From the NCBI GenBank assembly GCA_008632985.1, contig QPGO01000134.1, forward strand, positions 62,001-126,000: DNA of 64,000 nucleotides, written 5' to 3'. This document shows, piece by piece, positions 45,674-57,849 of the stretch. How positions within the stretch are numbered: position 1 is the stretch's first letter; every line of letters starts with the position of its first letter. The position numbers and the translations under genes are program-made. Under the pieces are notes generated by a model that saw only the letters and a program-made list of their open reading frames with translations, made no database searches and was not told the DNA's origin. Origin of the DNA: Psammoneis japonica (lineage: Eukaryota).

Positions 45674-46819
45674 TCATTTGACATTCTCTAGCTGCGATTT
45701 CGACAAGAAATCAGCTCCTGCATATTGTAACAACTCGTTGCCTACTTCTCTCCCGAGATCGAGCGCATCTTGTTCATTCAAGCAGTCTCTGCAAGGAACG
45801 CGTCGTTCCGCCCGTACAATCTCGGTTCCGTCGGGCTTTGCCAAGAGTGCTCGTAGCAACCACTGCTCATCTTTACTACTCTCCTTTTCCAAATAGGCAG
45901 CCACTGGTGGACGCCCTTCCCATGGAGCCAACCCGTCCACGGCATCCAATACCGCACGTTCGACAATTGCGGCCATTGCTGAATCTTGGTTGTTGATCAT
46001 CTGCAAGTGCTCAAGCACATGAACATTATCAGCTCGACAAACAACGCCTACAATACCCTGTCCGGGACAGGGAAGCATTTCGTGTGATTCCAACACGGCT
46101 TTTGCATTATTATCCAATTGTAGTCCAAGACGATCTAAACCAGCCTTAGCCATGACTAGGGCATCCACCAAACCGTCATTGAGAGCCTTGAGGCGAGTTT
46201 GGACGTTTCCTCGAAGGTTGACCGGCTTGCAATCAGGACGAATGGCCAGCAGTTGCGCTTGTCGACGCATCGACGCGGAACCGATACGAGCACCCAAAGG
46301 CAACTCTTTCAATGATACATCATTATACCCATCTTTGGCATTATTTGTAGTGACTAAAACATCCAATGGACAGACTCGTGGCATGCACGCACCAATCACG
46401 AGTTGATTCTTCTTCCATCGATGAGCGGGAGGAATGTCCTTGACGCTGTGAACACCCACATCAACATGTCCGTTTAGTATTGCGTTGTCAATCGTCGACG
46501 TAAAGTCAACAGACGGTGTCATGGCTAGCGGAAGGTCTTGAGCTGCCTTGTCAACCCCGGCCTTGTGTTCACCAAGGGACTCAATTACAACGATTTCCGT
46601 GGAAATACGGAATGAATCATCATCATCACGTTGTTGTTGGGCTTTCTCCAAAGCTGTTGCAACAGATTGTGCCTGCTTCTGTGCTAGAGGGGAAGGGCGT
46701 GTCCCAATCTTTAGGTGAAGATTCCCTTGTTGCGAAAGGGCTGCTGCTACCTTGAAGTATGGGTTACAAACATGTTGAAGAAACAGTAGCAAGACCACAC
46801 GCAGCTGATGGCGGCACAT
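45674..46819 (-). CDS. hemC: Porphobilinogen deaminase (HemC)-like protein
   Basis: 'KIGTRPSPLAQKQA', 'VHSVKD', 'IGSASMRRQAQL', 'LRGNVQTRL', 'AGLDRL', 'MLPCPGQG'. Confidence 0.8.
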   Translation of the reverse strand: MCRHQLRVVLLLFLQHVCNPYFKVAAALSQQGNLHLKIGTRPSPLAQKQAQSVATALEKAQQQRDDDDSFRISTEIVVIESLGEHKAGVDKAAQDLPLAMTPSVDFTSTIDNAILNGHVDVGVHSVKDIPPAHRWKKNQLVIGACMPRVCPLDVLVTTNNAKDGYNDVSLKELPLGARIGSASMRRQAQLLAIRPDCKPVNLRGNVQTRLKALNDGLVDALVMAKAGLDRLGLQLDNNAKAVLESHEMLPCPGQGIVGVVCRADNVHVLEHLQMINNQDSAMAAIVERAVLDAVDGLAPWEGRPPVAAYLEKESSKDEQWLLRALLAKPDGTEIVRAERRVPCRDCLNEQDALDLGREVGNELLQYAGADFLSKSQLENVK

Positions 46820-47413
46820 GTTTTCGTATGGCTGACGACTCCTCTGCGGCGCCCGCACTGTTGTGATTTTTGTTTCGTGACAAGAAACGGTGACACTTCA
46901 CCACGTGACGAGAATATCAATGTCTAGGCATTCACAACAAAACCGTTGCTTTAATCGCAGCTCGCTTTGTTTCGCGCTGCAGTCATGGTTTGCTGCAACG
47001 TTATCATCGCAGGGATTTTTGATGAAAGATACCTCCGAGACTTCCCTCCAAAAGCTACAATGCAACCAGTATCGATTCTACGTGTGACGTCATTCGGAAT
47101 CTTGAAAAAATCTAAATCTCATCAACAAACACTGAATGACAACGGTGAACTTCAAACGCTGTACTAATGCAAACTGAAAATATGTGTTACGAAGATACTA
47201 CCGGTATATGGCGTCACAACCTGCTTCTCGAGTCACTTTCACCAAAACGCCATTACCCATGCCCATGGGAATGGTTGGCGAGCTCTTGCGACATGCTGCA
47301 ATTCTCGATGACAGCACGAGTGGATGGAGCACGGGAAGCTCACGGCATCAATCAGGCTCGCCGCATGCACACCACATCGGCATGTCATGTCTAGTTTGCT
47401 TGCTTCTATTTTA

Positions 47414-48808
47414 TTATGAATTACGTGCCGAAACCCGCCTCCATCTCTGCCAAGCTTCATCCGTCCATTGCTGGAGAGACCGCCTCTTTTCTTGAACACT
47501 CGACTCATTGGAGGCAGTTGAGCCATCGTCACTGCGACCATCGCCTCGCACTTCTTTACTCTTTTCACTGCTGATGCTGTGTTCAATCGAATGAAACATT
47601 TCATCAATGGCTTGGCCATTGTGTCCCCTTGGTGTGACGATCAGAGTCTTGACGCCAGTTTGCAACAGTTGCGCGCAACAAAATGTTGGCAAAAAGTGCA
47701 GTCGTCGCGAGATTGCGTCCAAAAGCTTCAAAAAGAGTTTGACCACCAACCCGTATGACACAATTGAGTCGTTTCCATCACCGAGGATTTTGAAGTCTAG
47801 CACATCTCCAGTGAAAGCCCAAACAACAAAGAAGATGCTGCCCAACTTTGCAAGGATTCCAGCGACCATCTGTGTCCTGTCCAGCTGGTTCTCCCTCTCC
47901 TCGGTCGGAACGCCCACGTAGATTTTGTGATGAATCACGCAAATCAAGGGAGCACAAAAGAGAAAGATGGCCCCAATGAAGAGAGCCACGTTTCCTGATG
48001 GCAAGATGAGCAGTGCGAGCGCCATGAGGAAAATGATTGACTGGAACGGCACTGAAACAACCAACATCCAACTGGACAAGGTCGACTCTGGAAAGAGTCC
48101 TCACATCTTGAGCAACGTGCGTGCAAGACCACCAGAGAAGGCAATGAGAACCAGAAAGAGCTGAGAGGCATGCTGGATGGCAAGAGCAAACTCAAGGATG
48201 CTCGCTCGAGCCCTCAACTCTTCGCGACGGTTTTCACCACAGGCCTTCCCGGCTGGGGTGTCACAAGAATCCAAGAGCATGCCAATGGGAAAGATGGATG
48301 GCAAGAAGGGCAAGAGAAAAGAAATTGCCCATCCTGCCCGAAAGATGTGCGTCGTCTGTCTCCAGTTGCTCCAATGAAAAAGAGTTGCAGTGCTGGAAAT
48401 GAAAAGCCCCGTGGAAGCAGCGGATGGGATGAAGTGGACAAAGTCACCAAGCCCATTAAGAACTGCCTTGTTGTCAGCGCAGGTCATGGTCAAGTCAACC
48501 CAAGCCAGAATCGCACTGACTGGGACTGCTGGGGTGGATGCAAGAAGCATGGATCGGTGCTGCACAAGACAGGCCCTCAAGGTTTCGTTTGAAACGGCAC
48601 TCTTCTCCAAGGCTTTCGCCTCCTTTTCAGTGGGCTCCAACTTTGCAAGTTGCCACTGCCTGATGCATGTTGCATGGAGCCAAATAGAGGAGGATGCACC
48701 AAGGTCTGCAGCTTCTTGACGTTGGTCATCCTCTTCTTCGTTTAACTGAACCGTCGTAAACCTTGACTCTCCCACCTCCATCGCAGTCACTTGGCTTGCT
48801 TCTTCCAT
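47414..48808 (-). pseudogene. Multi-pass membrane protein gene with an in-frame premature TGA; TpA-eroded
   Basis: ORFs 48101-48808 and 47414-48079 are in the same frame and separated by a single TGA (KM*GLFPESTLSSW); several hydrophobic helices; Tyr nearly absent. Confidence 0.7.
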
Positions 48809-49503
48809 TGCTTTGCAGCTTAATCATAACGTTCAAGGGTCTCAATTATGTTTTGTGAGTGACTTCTCTTGTTTTGAAGAATGTGAACGCCAATGTTGGT
48901 CATGCCGCGCGTCCACAAAGCTTGGTGACGCAACATTGCACAAGCAACCACTGATGGCATTTTCGCCACCACCTGGATTATCGTTCGAATAGAAGTAATT
49001 TCAAGCTGCTCCCTGCTGGTAGTGAGCCCATAGTAAGTTTTTGGTAGCTTAGAGTTTAAGCATTAGCCACGCATTGGCTACAAGCTGATACAGTGACGAA
49101 ACAAGTGAAATTTTGCCCTGATGAGCTTTGGCATCTGTCAAAAAAGATGGACTTTGAGAGTGTCCTTGTATTGTTACCTCTCTACTAGTTGTATTGTTGA
49201 GCGCATTTTAACCCGAGGATTCAACATTGATAATGGCAATGTCAAAGTCTGGGCGGCTCGCATGCGCAAAAGTAATGGACACATTGGCACTCTCGAGTTT
49301 GGTGAAAAATTGACCGAACGCGAGCAAGTGTCGTGATGCTTGCTCTTGCTGATAGCAGCGAAACGACATCTAATGAACACTATTCTGTTAAAATTACACA
49401 AATGGTCGTCCAGGGGGTGGTATGTAGAGTTGGACCTGCAGCAGATACTCATTGAGCGAAGATAAGTACCTCGTTGTGAAAGCGTGAAAGAAGCGATAGC
49501 GAG

Positions 49504-50547
49504 TCAGTTTTCTCTGCGTCTCGCCTTCTGTACAAACTTTGCCAACTTGTGATCTACCGAGGATTGGCCGAAATGTATTTTGCATTTCCCACCATATTCT
49601 GGAAGGAGTTGCTTAGGATGGATGATCTTGGTCATTTCTCCGGCTTTCACATCTTCTTCAGAAAGAAGTTTGATTTTGCTTTTCGTTTGATCTGATAATA
49701 GATGCTCGGCGAGATGATAGACGCCAGAGAAAAAAGAGGGGACATTCACAACGAGCAAATGAGCACCACGGTTCGGGTAGTGCTGGCAACCAATGTTGAT
49801 TCTGTCTCTCACAAAATGCATCGTCTCCCATGCCGTGAACTGAGCAAAGGTCACGCCACCAACGTCCATAATGAGCGTAATTTTGTCCTTTGAATTAGGG
49901 ACGACAACAGAATATAGCCATTCCAATTCAAACATGTATGCGTAAACAAGGTCTTCGTGAGTTACACCTTGGCGTTTGAGCTCTTGGACATCTACTTCGC
50001 CCCACTTTTCGACCACAACTTGGTGGTTTTCGATGTCATGTTGATAATAGCTGGTGGGGACAAGTTCTCGAATCAGCTCGTGACGTTCTGGAGGACGCTG
50101 TAGAATTGTGCCCATGCCATTTTTGAGGCGCCATCGACGTGTGGCATCCCAGTTTTCTTGCGCTTTCCGACGACTAGTTCCTTCAAGAAAGTGTGGCGGG
50201 GGAGTGTTACTGTCGCTGAAGGGATCATCCGAGCACGGATGGCGGTGGCGCCATCTCCACCAAGTGGCGTTTCTTTCAGCAATTTCGCTGCTTGCGATGC
50301 ACTGAGTGGGACTGTGATGAGTAGCTCCAAAAAGAATGGTGAAAAAAGCGAGAGAAGCGGAGAGGAGAACAGCGGCCAGGTGGGAAGTTCTCTGAGAATT
50401 AACCCACACTTGGACGGCTTCACTCATCGTCCCCAACTTTAGTTTCCTTTGGCTTGCCACTGTAGAACGGTTTGCTGTAGACAAATGCGTGATCTTGCGT
50501 CTGGCAGTTTCTGACGATGATTTTTTTATTGCAAACTTTCTCAACAT
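49504..50547 (-). CDS. CRAL-TRIO/Sec14 lipid-binding domain protein
   Basis: 'TRRWRLKNGMGTIL', 'ITLIMDVGG', 'QHYPNRGAHLLVVNVPSFF', 'LLPEYGG'. Confidence 0.85.
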   Translation of the reverse strand: MLRKFAIKKSSSETARRKITHLSTANRSTVASQRKLKLGTMSEAVQVWVNSQRTSHLAAVLLSASLAFFTILFGATHHSPTQCIASSEIAERNATWWRWRHRHPCSDDPFSDSNTPPPHFLEGTSRRKAQENWDATRRWRLKNGMGTILQRPPERHELIRELVPTSYYQHDIENHQVVVEKWGEVDVQELKRQGVTHEDLVYAYMFELEWLYSVVVPNSKDKITLIMDVGGVTFAQFTAWETMHFVRDRINIGCQHYPNRGAHLLVVNVPSFFSGVYHLAEHLLSDQTKSKIKLLSEEDVKAGEMTKIIHPKQLLPEYGGKCKIHFGQSSVDHKLAKFVQKARRREN

Positions 50548-51118
50548 ACCCGATGCAGTTTTGGTTGATACTGCTGGTACCTCCGATTTAGGGAGAAGCG
50601 ATCAAGTCGCTGTTTGGAAATGTAAAGAGCGATGCGCTCAGAGCCCAAAGAGTCTTTGACTAGCTTTATAAAGTGGAACGCTTGAACGCGGATGTATGTA
50701 CCTTACATCCAAGCGCGTCTTCATTGACAAGGAACAACAGAAGAACAAACGGCTTTGATCGTGAAGATTCCAAGATTGAAGATGGGAGATGAGAAAGCTC
50801 TTTGTGCAAAAACGTACGGGATGTTGAGCACTGATGACGTCATATTTAACGGATAAGCGTCAACATGCAACCAATCAGGGTGACCGGTCTGGTCGCCGGC
50901 TCCACCAGGCCGATTTGCGCGCGAGGGAGCCCTCCCGCTCCGCGGGAGCAAATGTCCCTCCAGCTCGCAGGGACGCGCGCGGAGCGTCCCTCCAAAAAAA
51001 TTTTCATCATTCATACCAGAGACGCGACTTCGACTTCGGCATCTCACAGCAGACTGACTCCATTTCGAGTACTCTAGGGCCTAGAAAGGACACCAAATAC
51101 TCCTTGATAGGAGCAAAG

Positions 51119-52565
51119 ATGGACGATCCAACAATTTCAGAAACTGGCATCATTGGAACTGCCGAGTTATCTAATCGAAGTGCAGGAACAACGAAGACAA
51201 CAGCTACTCCTCAAGATGGAGAGCAAGAAATGAAAGAGGAAAACGAAGAAGACTGTCACAACTGCGATGCACGTGGAGACGATAGCGTAGACGACACGTC
51301 GAAATTATCCGATGCAGAAATATGGGAGTCATCAGTTGCCGCTTCTCATGAACGCCTGCTGAATTCAAGGTCTACAACTGCGTCCATACCAAGTGGTTTG
51401 GTGGTATTGGATACTGATAAAACCTTGCGTCAGTCTGATGTATTCAGCTCCAAGATCTCGTATTCTCGAAACCATCCGGGCAATGTGTTCTACCGCAGTA
51501 TCTGTGAAAAATACAGTCATCTCGTTTATGAATTAAAGCACGAGGACAAGCAAGTATGTCAACAAGTCTTCAATGTTGTCACAGAGGATTTCAACGGACG
51601 TTTTCTGCGTCAAGGACCCAGTGGAGATGTTTGGCGCATCATGCCGAAAGATGCCGTTCTTCGTAAAATTGGTTTGGCATTGAGACAGAGCGCTGTTAAA
51701 AGCGGAAGCCACAAGCCTTCCGCCTCTGATGTCGTTTCTACGCGCAAAAAGCAGAGTAGATCGAAACCAACAGCCCGGCGTGGGAGTAGTAGCAACACTA
51801 GAAAAGCACCGCAAGGCAAGAAACGACGCACGAGTGAAATTGTACCGGTAGTCTACCAAGCTCAGGCGGGAAGCAGCTACATTCATCCACACACTCTAAA
51901 AATCATATCGGAGGTGTGCAATGCAAGTACGACTGATGTAGAGGAAGCTTTGACTTTGATGGACTCCGACATGAAGTCAAAGACACAGCAGAATGAAAAG
52001 GAATCGAAAGAAGAACGACTTCAACGACTACAGGTAAGCACTGGGTATAATACCCGCGTAGTTGGCCAAACTTTTTACATCTAGGTTTGCTTATATCATT
52101 TTGCTTGTTTAGCTACGACATCGGTTCTATGCAGCATGGAATGGTGACATGACACCTGTCGAATTTGCAAAAAAACTCATGGAGTTTTGGGGTGGTCATC
52201 TAGTTGAAACAACACCGCGAAATACAGTCGAGAAGAAAGCGAAGACTCCTCGCTCGACCACTACACGTAGAGTCAACAAAGCCGTGACGCAAGATGAGCA
52301 AACAGAAGTAAGTTCTCTAGAAGCCGTGAAGCCCCGTCGCATTAAGACCACTTCTAAGGTCAAACTTCCAGAATCAATGACAGAAGAAGATATCGACGGC
52401 ATGAACTGTTCCATGACACTGGAAATTTGCCGCATGTACAAGCACATTGGACTCATATGCAGGGAAACCAAAAAAGGGCGTGCGGATCAAGTGCGGAAAC
52501 TCTTTGCCGGCAAACCGAAGGGATACGTTCACTACTTTTTTCCTGGAGCGAATCATGACGCGTGA
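51119..52565 (+). CDS. Hypothetical nuclear protein with a diatom-type DUF6824-like domain; intron 52034-52112
   Basis: 'NHPGNVFYR...GRFL...W....KIGLALRQ' motif; the GT-AG intron joins in frame to ORF 52149-52565; start uncertain. Confidence 0.6.
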
Positions 52566-53165
52566 TTGGAGCACTGAAAAGGGGGCCCGAGTGTCAGGCA
52601 AGCTGCGAGGCAACGGTAACAATCCCAATGCAAACGCTAAGGAAAAGTGGTCCACGTAGTAGAGACTCTTAAGAACTTCTTAGCTTTCACAAATGCATGC
52701 TATTAAAGGTAATCGGGCCGTCTGGGGTAGAGGGAAGTCAAACCAAAGGATTAGCATGTGCTACTTCAGGGGTTGTCTTGTCATCCGCACGGTCACACGA
52801 GAACCCCTAAACAGGTTGCCCAGCAAATCGACACCATCTACGAGTATGCCTGGTGCTCAACCTGAAAGATCAAGGGCGTGGGTTAAGTGAAAACAAGCAA
52901 AATTTCAAGGTGTCGTACTGCCAAGCCAGAAGGTAGAAAGGTACCTACCGGTAGTGGAATTAGGCACTTTTACTTGTGAACAAGTGGCTGTTTTTTCACG
53001 ACGTCGTTTGAGCAACACGTTTACTTTGAGCCGGACGCTGCTCAATCATAAACATAATGACCCACCCTTTTTGCGATTTAGTTAGCGGATCGGTTCTCAT
53101 CTTTGTACAACTAGCTTGGAACATCAGGACATGATTCTCGGTTTATTTCAAGCGTCATGGAGGAT

Positions 53166-54542
53166 TCAGTTATCAGGATTCTGCTCTTTTCCTTCAATCT
53201 TGAGCAAGTTGTGGAGTGCCTCTTTCGTACTATTTTTGCAGCTGTGCCCATGTGTACATTGGCCCTCCAAGTTTTCTTGTACAATGTCAGCAAGGTGACT
53301 CTGCACAAACGAGTTGGTTTCCACGACTGTGGAAATGTCAATGGAAAAGCATAGTCTCAAAATGGCTCGCAATTGTTTGTGATCCACATGCATTGCAATT
53401 TTGGATAGCGCCGTGGAATCCTGGGGTCGTGTCGGTATGTTCTTCATCCCGGCGCTGGTGGCTGTTCTAGAGCGAATGGCAGCCAAGAAGGGCTCTTGGA
53501 CCATTCGCAAGCACTTGTCGTCGCTGTTCCCACAGAATCCGGGCTTTGGCTTTTTGGCTCTCAGCTCATGGTACAACTCATCGTGAGGAAATGATGGAGG
53601 CTGCGTTTCACCCACTGATATGGCCACAGTAAGACCTGGAGTTATGCACTGATGAGGACCTCGGAGTGGAACGAATATGCCGATCTCTTTGTATGCAGCC
53701 TCCTCTGACGAGTTTCGATGCTTTTTCGAATTCAGAATTGAAGGTGGGGTGGGGTTCCACTCCAAATGATTAATAATACACCAATATCGCCACTTCATTC
53801 GACTTTCAGATCCATGGTGTCCCCACTTTAATTTCTTCAAGGCTTCGCTCTGAATGGATTGTAGGTAGCGAATATGGAGGCCATCGTCGGCATCCAATCT
53901 AGTTTCCAACACAAGTTTTCTTTCCCTAGCCTCGTGAGCCAACCGCAACCATGCTATCTCACCTGTAAATATTGTTGAGTTCAGTACATCTTCTCCAGCC
54001 TCGCCACCTCTCCATCCGCCGGGAAGGACACCAATACCGAAATTGACATTGGAGCCCACCAAGTATACAAACGGATACGGCTCCAAAAGCTGCACCATCT
54101 CGTCTCGCACCGTTTCATTCAATTGCGGATCGGTCTTTATGATCCACAAGAACGATGGAACATCGGCATCTGGGTAGATGGACTCGTTATATAGTAAAGT
54201 TTGATTCAGCACAGTCGGTAAACAAAACGTCTTGAACAACACGAGGCGTGCACGAGCTAATTCCACTAAATTTCCTTGATGCTGCATAAACCGTGTATTG
54301 ATTACATGAATAAACGGAAGTGACCAATCATTCTTTTGGTGAAACTGAACTAATTTCGGTTGACCATCAATCAAGGCTCCGCTTCTCTGGTTTTCCTCCA
54401 TGATTTCGTCGAGTAGATTCACCATGTAAATTGTGCTCAAAACAAAGAAGCAACCAACCGTGATGAGAGCCCATTTCGAAATACAAAGCAACAAATTGAG
54501 CATCCTAGCGTCTTTAGTCTTCTTATCAGTTCCTAAACGCAT
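53166..54542 (-). CDS. Type II membrane protein, putative glycosyltransferase (rhamnosyltransferase-like)
   Basis: N-terminal TM; 'TRFMQ..L.RARLVLFKTFCLPTVLNQT', 'WIIKTDP', DxD-containing 'TRLDADDGL'. Confidence 0.6.
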   Translation of the reverse strand: MRLGTDKKTKDARMLNLLLCISKWALITVGCFFVLSTIYMVNLLDEIMEENQRSGALIDGQPKLVQFHQKNDWSLPFIHVINTRFMQHQGNLVELARARLVLFKTFCLPTVLNQTLLYNESIYPDADVPSFLWIIKTDPQLNETVRDEMVQLLEPYPFVYLVGSNVNFGIGVLPGGWRGGEAGEDVLNSTIFTGEIAWLRLAHEARERKLVLETRLDADDGLHIRYLQSIQSEALKKLKWGHHGSESRMKWRYWCIINHLEWNPTPPSILNSKKHRNSSEEAAYKEIGIFVPLRGPHQCITPGLTVAISVGETQPPSFPHDELYHELRAKKPKPGFCGNSDDKCLRMVQEPFLAAIRSRTATSAGMKNIPTRPQDSTALSKIAMHVDHKQLRAILRLCFSIDISTVVETNSFVQSHLADIVQENLEGQCTHGHSCKNSTKEALHNLLKIEGKEQNPDN

Positions 54543-54916
54543 CTTTAGTTCTTTCTTATCCCTCAGAAATATCGTTCCAAAGCGCCATGGCGAACGTTGC
54601 TTTTTGTATGCGAGCCTGGAGCCATCACGGAGGAAGGCAGACAGACAGAAATGACCTGTCGCGCGATCGAAGTGCGCGAAAGAAAGTGCATCACTTCTTC
54701 AGTCTTGTAGGTCATTATGAAAAATGTATTGGCCGATCCTACATTCCAGTTACGTAAGTAGAACAATATTGGGTCTCTACGTACTTTGCGCCACGCACTT
54801 TTTGGGCGCCGCAGAAACCAAAAAAACGGCAAACGCGTCATCACGTTGCAACCATCAACTTGACGTCCCGACTTGAGCAACCCAAATCTATCTTACGGCG
54901 TGCGCCTCTTGCGAAA

Positions 54917-55828
54917 ATGATAATGATGGATTTCAGGAGAAATTGCTGTCGGTTCTTTCTGGTTTTGATCTTTTTGTCATCAACAGCTCCATGTAGGACC
55001 ACCGCCTTTGTCGCATCTCGTTCCTCGAGCATTGGTGGCAGACGTTCAGCGCAGTCACCACCTCTGAAAGATGGGTGTAAGCAGAGAAAAGCGAGCTTGT
55101 CGAAACTCAAAGCCACTTCAGCTACTAGGTCGTCGTCTTCCGCCGTACCCTTGAGTCGCTCACAACAACAACAAAGACGAGAGTTGTTGCGAAAGAAGGG
55201 ACCACACTTCAAACTGGATTTCTTTTCCGGCAAAGTTGAATTCGGTTCTTCCTTTGATCTCGTGACAAAGTTCCCGGTACCCAACGGACAAGAAGAATTA
55301 ATATCTCAGTGGATATTACAAGAAGAACGCGTTGCCATGGCGATTTGGGACAAGGACCTGATCCAGCGCAAGGGGAATTCGGTGTTTGAATTAAAAGTCA
55401 TGACGCTGCAATTTGTAACGATCCAACTGGCACCGACCGTCAATGTCAAGGCATGGACCGATAATACGTCTTCTTCGGAACCCGTCTTTTATTTACAGTC
55501 GGTTGGGTTTGATCCGAAAATATCCATCTTACCCGGGATTGGCATGAATCCCGAATCTCTTGGGATTCAAATACAGGTTGTCGGTGAAATGCGTCCGTCG
55601 GCTGGTGGTGGTGTTTCGGGTAACATTGCCTTTCGTTCCTCGGGTGTGCTGCCACCGCCTCTGCGAGTCATGCCAGAGCCTGCACTCAAGGCGGCCAGCA
55701 ATGTCATTGTCGACACGATTACCAAGTTTGCCATTGCGAGCTTTGAAAAGAGTGCGATTGCTAGTTTTCGGGAATTCGCTGCAGAGAAACAACAACAACG
55801 AAAAGAAGAAACGTCGGCAGCCAGATAA
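54917..55828 (+). CDS. Probable plastid-targeted DUF1997/START-like protein
   Basis: Signal peptide, TAF, then a Ser/Arg-rich transit peptide; 'LQFVTIQLAP', 'LPPPLRVMPEPALKAASN'. Confidence 0.55.
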   Translation: MIMMDFRRNCCRFFLVLIFLSSTAPCRTTAFVASRSSSIGGRRSAQSPPLKDGCKQRKASLSKLKATSATRSSSSAVPLSRSQQQQRRELLRKKGPHFKLDFFSGKVEFGSSFDLVTKFPVPNGQEELISQWILQEERVAMAIWDKDLIQRKGNSVFELKVMTLQFVTIQLAPTVNVKAWTDNTSSSEPVFYLQSVGFDPKISILPGIGMNPESLGIQIQVVGEMRPSAGGGVSGNIAFRSSGVLPPPLRVMPEPALKAASNVIVDTITKFAIASFEKSAIASFREFAAEKQQQRKEETSAAR

Positions 55829-56530
55829 AAGGTAGATTCATAAGATCTAGACGTGGCAGTCCGAATGTAGCATGACAAGAAGGAGGGGAGCAAGTTGTTG
55901 TGGTTGACATCTTGATTATCCCAAGCACGAAGCTCGACGCTGTAGTAAGTGTCCCAAACATTGTTAGGTTTAGAACCAGTCACAGGTTTAGCGAGTATAA
56001 TCATTGTCTCTGCAGTATCTTTCAAGGCTTGCGCAAAAGACTTGTGGAAATGACTCATCCCTCTGCCAATATGTCATCGGACAAGGTCCGATTCAAGAAT
56101 CTATCCGATCTGGGTAGTGGGCGCCTTCAAAATGCTGTTAACCATGCCACAGCTCTTCCTACGGTAACGGTGGTTGCCTGCTTCCACAATGCTCAATTTC
56201 CCAGTCGATTAAGTCTTTTATTCTTCCACTACTGTACCGCTCAGCCGGCATGTCGAAGCAAGCTGTCAACGGAAGGTTCTACCACAGCTCTACGCAAAGT
56301 CATCGGAGGAAACGTTGTCTTCGTTGTCCCTGCCGAAGCTACCATATGGAAAGTAATTGTAGGGTGGGCCAAGATTGAATCAGTACCGGTACTGTTTCAT
56401 CTATTAAATGACCTCAAATTTGTTTCTTAGCTTTGACATGAGTTAACTCTATTACCGCCAATCTTCACGAACAACCCATCAAGGCATGCTTCGCGTATGG
56501 TAGCCCATTTTTGTATTGTTGCCTGCGAGG

Positions 56531-57631
56531 TCACATGAACCGCATCAGACTGGTTCGATACGCAACGTCCGGGCTGGAATGAACCACATCCACATCTCGA
56601 TACACCAACAGTTCATTGTCAATTGAGAATTCGGGACGGATAATGCATTCTGGCGGGATGGCGCCATCAAACAGCACTGGTTGCATGTGAGGATGATCTT
56701 GAGGTGCAACACAAACGTCTTTTAATATTGCAATGTGTGAAAAGACTCCAGTGCCCCGGTAGTTGTCTGCAGGTGGAAATCCCCACAGGACAGTCTTGGT
56801 CTCCGCTTCTGCTCCGTTTGGAGGAGAGAGCACGCCTGTATCCTGATGAAATGAGTGACTTATGATTCGATCTTGTACGCCCACAATATCTATCCAATGT
56901 GTGCTTGGATTCGAACCGCAGAGTGATCCAATGGTGTGCATTAGATCGTCTCCGGAAACGGCAAAGTCTTTCCCAAAAACTCGGCGTAGCAGTTTTGTTG
57001 TGTGCTTCATTCGAATTTCTTCGTCACTTGATTGTTTTCTCCAAGACCCCTGCAATGACGAATCGGGCAACAACAAAACTGCAGCCGCCTTTTCCGACAA
57101 GTTTGCATAGGCGGGAGTTGTATCAAACACATCCTGTCGAATGGCACTGCGCAACTCGTTTCGAAAGTCAGTGTCGGAATGAAAGGTTTCCGAAAAGTCC
57201 GTACCAAACAATTTTTTCAAGGAATAAAAAGCAAACGGTGATTGATCGACAGACTCTCCCCACTGAAGCTGTGTATAGTCGTCACTCACGCATCTTACGG
57301 ACCCGTCTTGAAGTTTTGCTTTCAAATCGAGAGTCTCTGCGGTATCTTGATTGGAATTCTGAGCTTGTGTCAAGACCTTTCCATCAAAGGGAACCGCGAT
57401 AGCTGGAGCTCGTCTACTTGGACGGGAACGGTCTTGTGACGATGCCCGATTTTCAGATCGTCGTCGTTGTCGTCTCGCGCCTTCGCTTTTTGGGCCTGCC
57501 GCAAAAAGAGGTGCTGTCGAGCCGCGAATGAGCGGCCGTGACTTTAGAGAAATTGGAAAGGCTAACGAGGGAACCAACACTGCACTGGTCCAGAACAAAA
57601 AGAATTTAGCCAGAGTGCGTATGCGATGCAT
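56531..57631 (-). CDS. Probable plastid-targeted hypothetical protein with 2OG-Fe(II)-like HxD...H...R motif
   Basis: Signal peptide ending SLAF; 'HSFHQD', 'VVHSSPD', 'YRTS'. Confidence 0.55.
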   Translation of the reverse strand: MHRIRTLAKFFLFWTSAVLVPSLAFPISLKSRPLIRGSTAPLFAAGPKSEGARRQRRRSENRASSQDRSRPSRRAPAIAVPFDGKVLTQAQNSNQDTAETLDLKAKLQDGSVRCVSDDYTQLQWGESVDQSPFAFYSLKKLFGTDFSETFHSDTDFRNELRSAIRQDVFDTTPAYANLSEKAAAVLLLPDSSLQGSWRKQSSDEEIRMKHTTKLLRRVFGKDFAVSGDDLMHTIGSLCGSNPSTHWIDIVGVQDRIISHSFHQDTGVLSPPNGAEAETKTVLWGFPPADNYRGTGVFSHIAILKDVCVAPQDHPHMQPVLFDGAIPPECIIRPEFSIDNELLVYRDVDVVHSSPDVAYRTSLMRFM

Positions 57632-57804
57632 TGTAAAGGAGACGATCTTTAGCTTTTCTTGGTGATGCGATTGTTTGTGTTCATTGTGGCGGGCGTCGTT
57701 CCTGCGCGAATAGCCAAAAAATGTGGCGCAGCGATGCTCTAACCGCTATTTCGTTTAGCTAGCTGTGCTGCTCTTCCTTCGCTTGAGAGATAGATTGATA
57801 TCAA

Positions 57805-57814
57805 AGATAGAGCA

Positions 57815-57849
<35 letters not shown>

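Noticed and set aside
55830..56430. ORFs 55567-56058 (-) and 55900-56430 (+)
   Set aside because: No recognisable motifs, they overlap each other, and one overlaps a better-supported gene.
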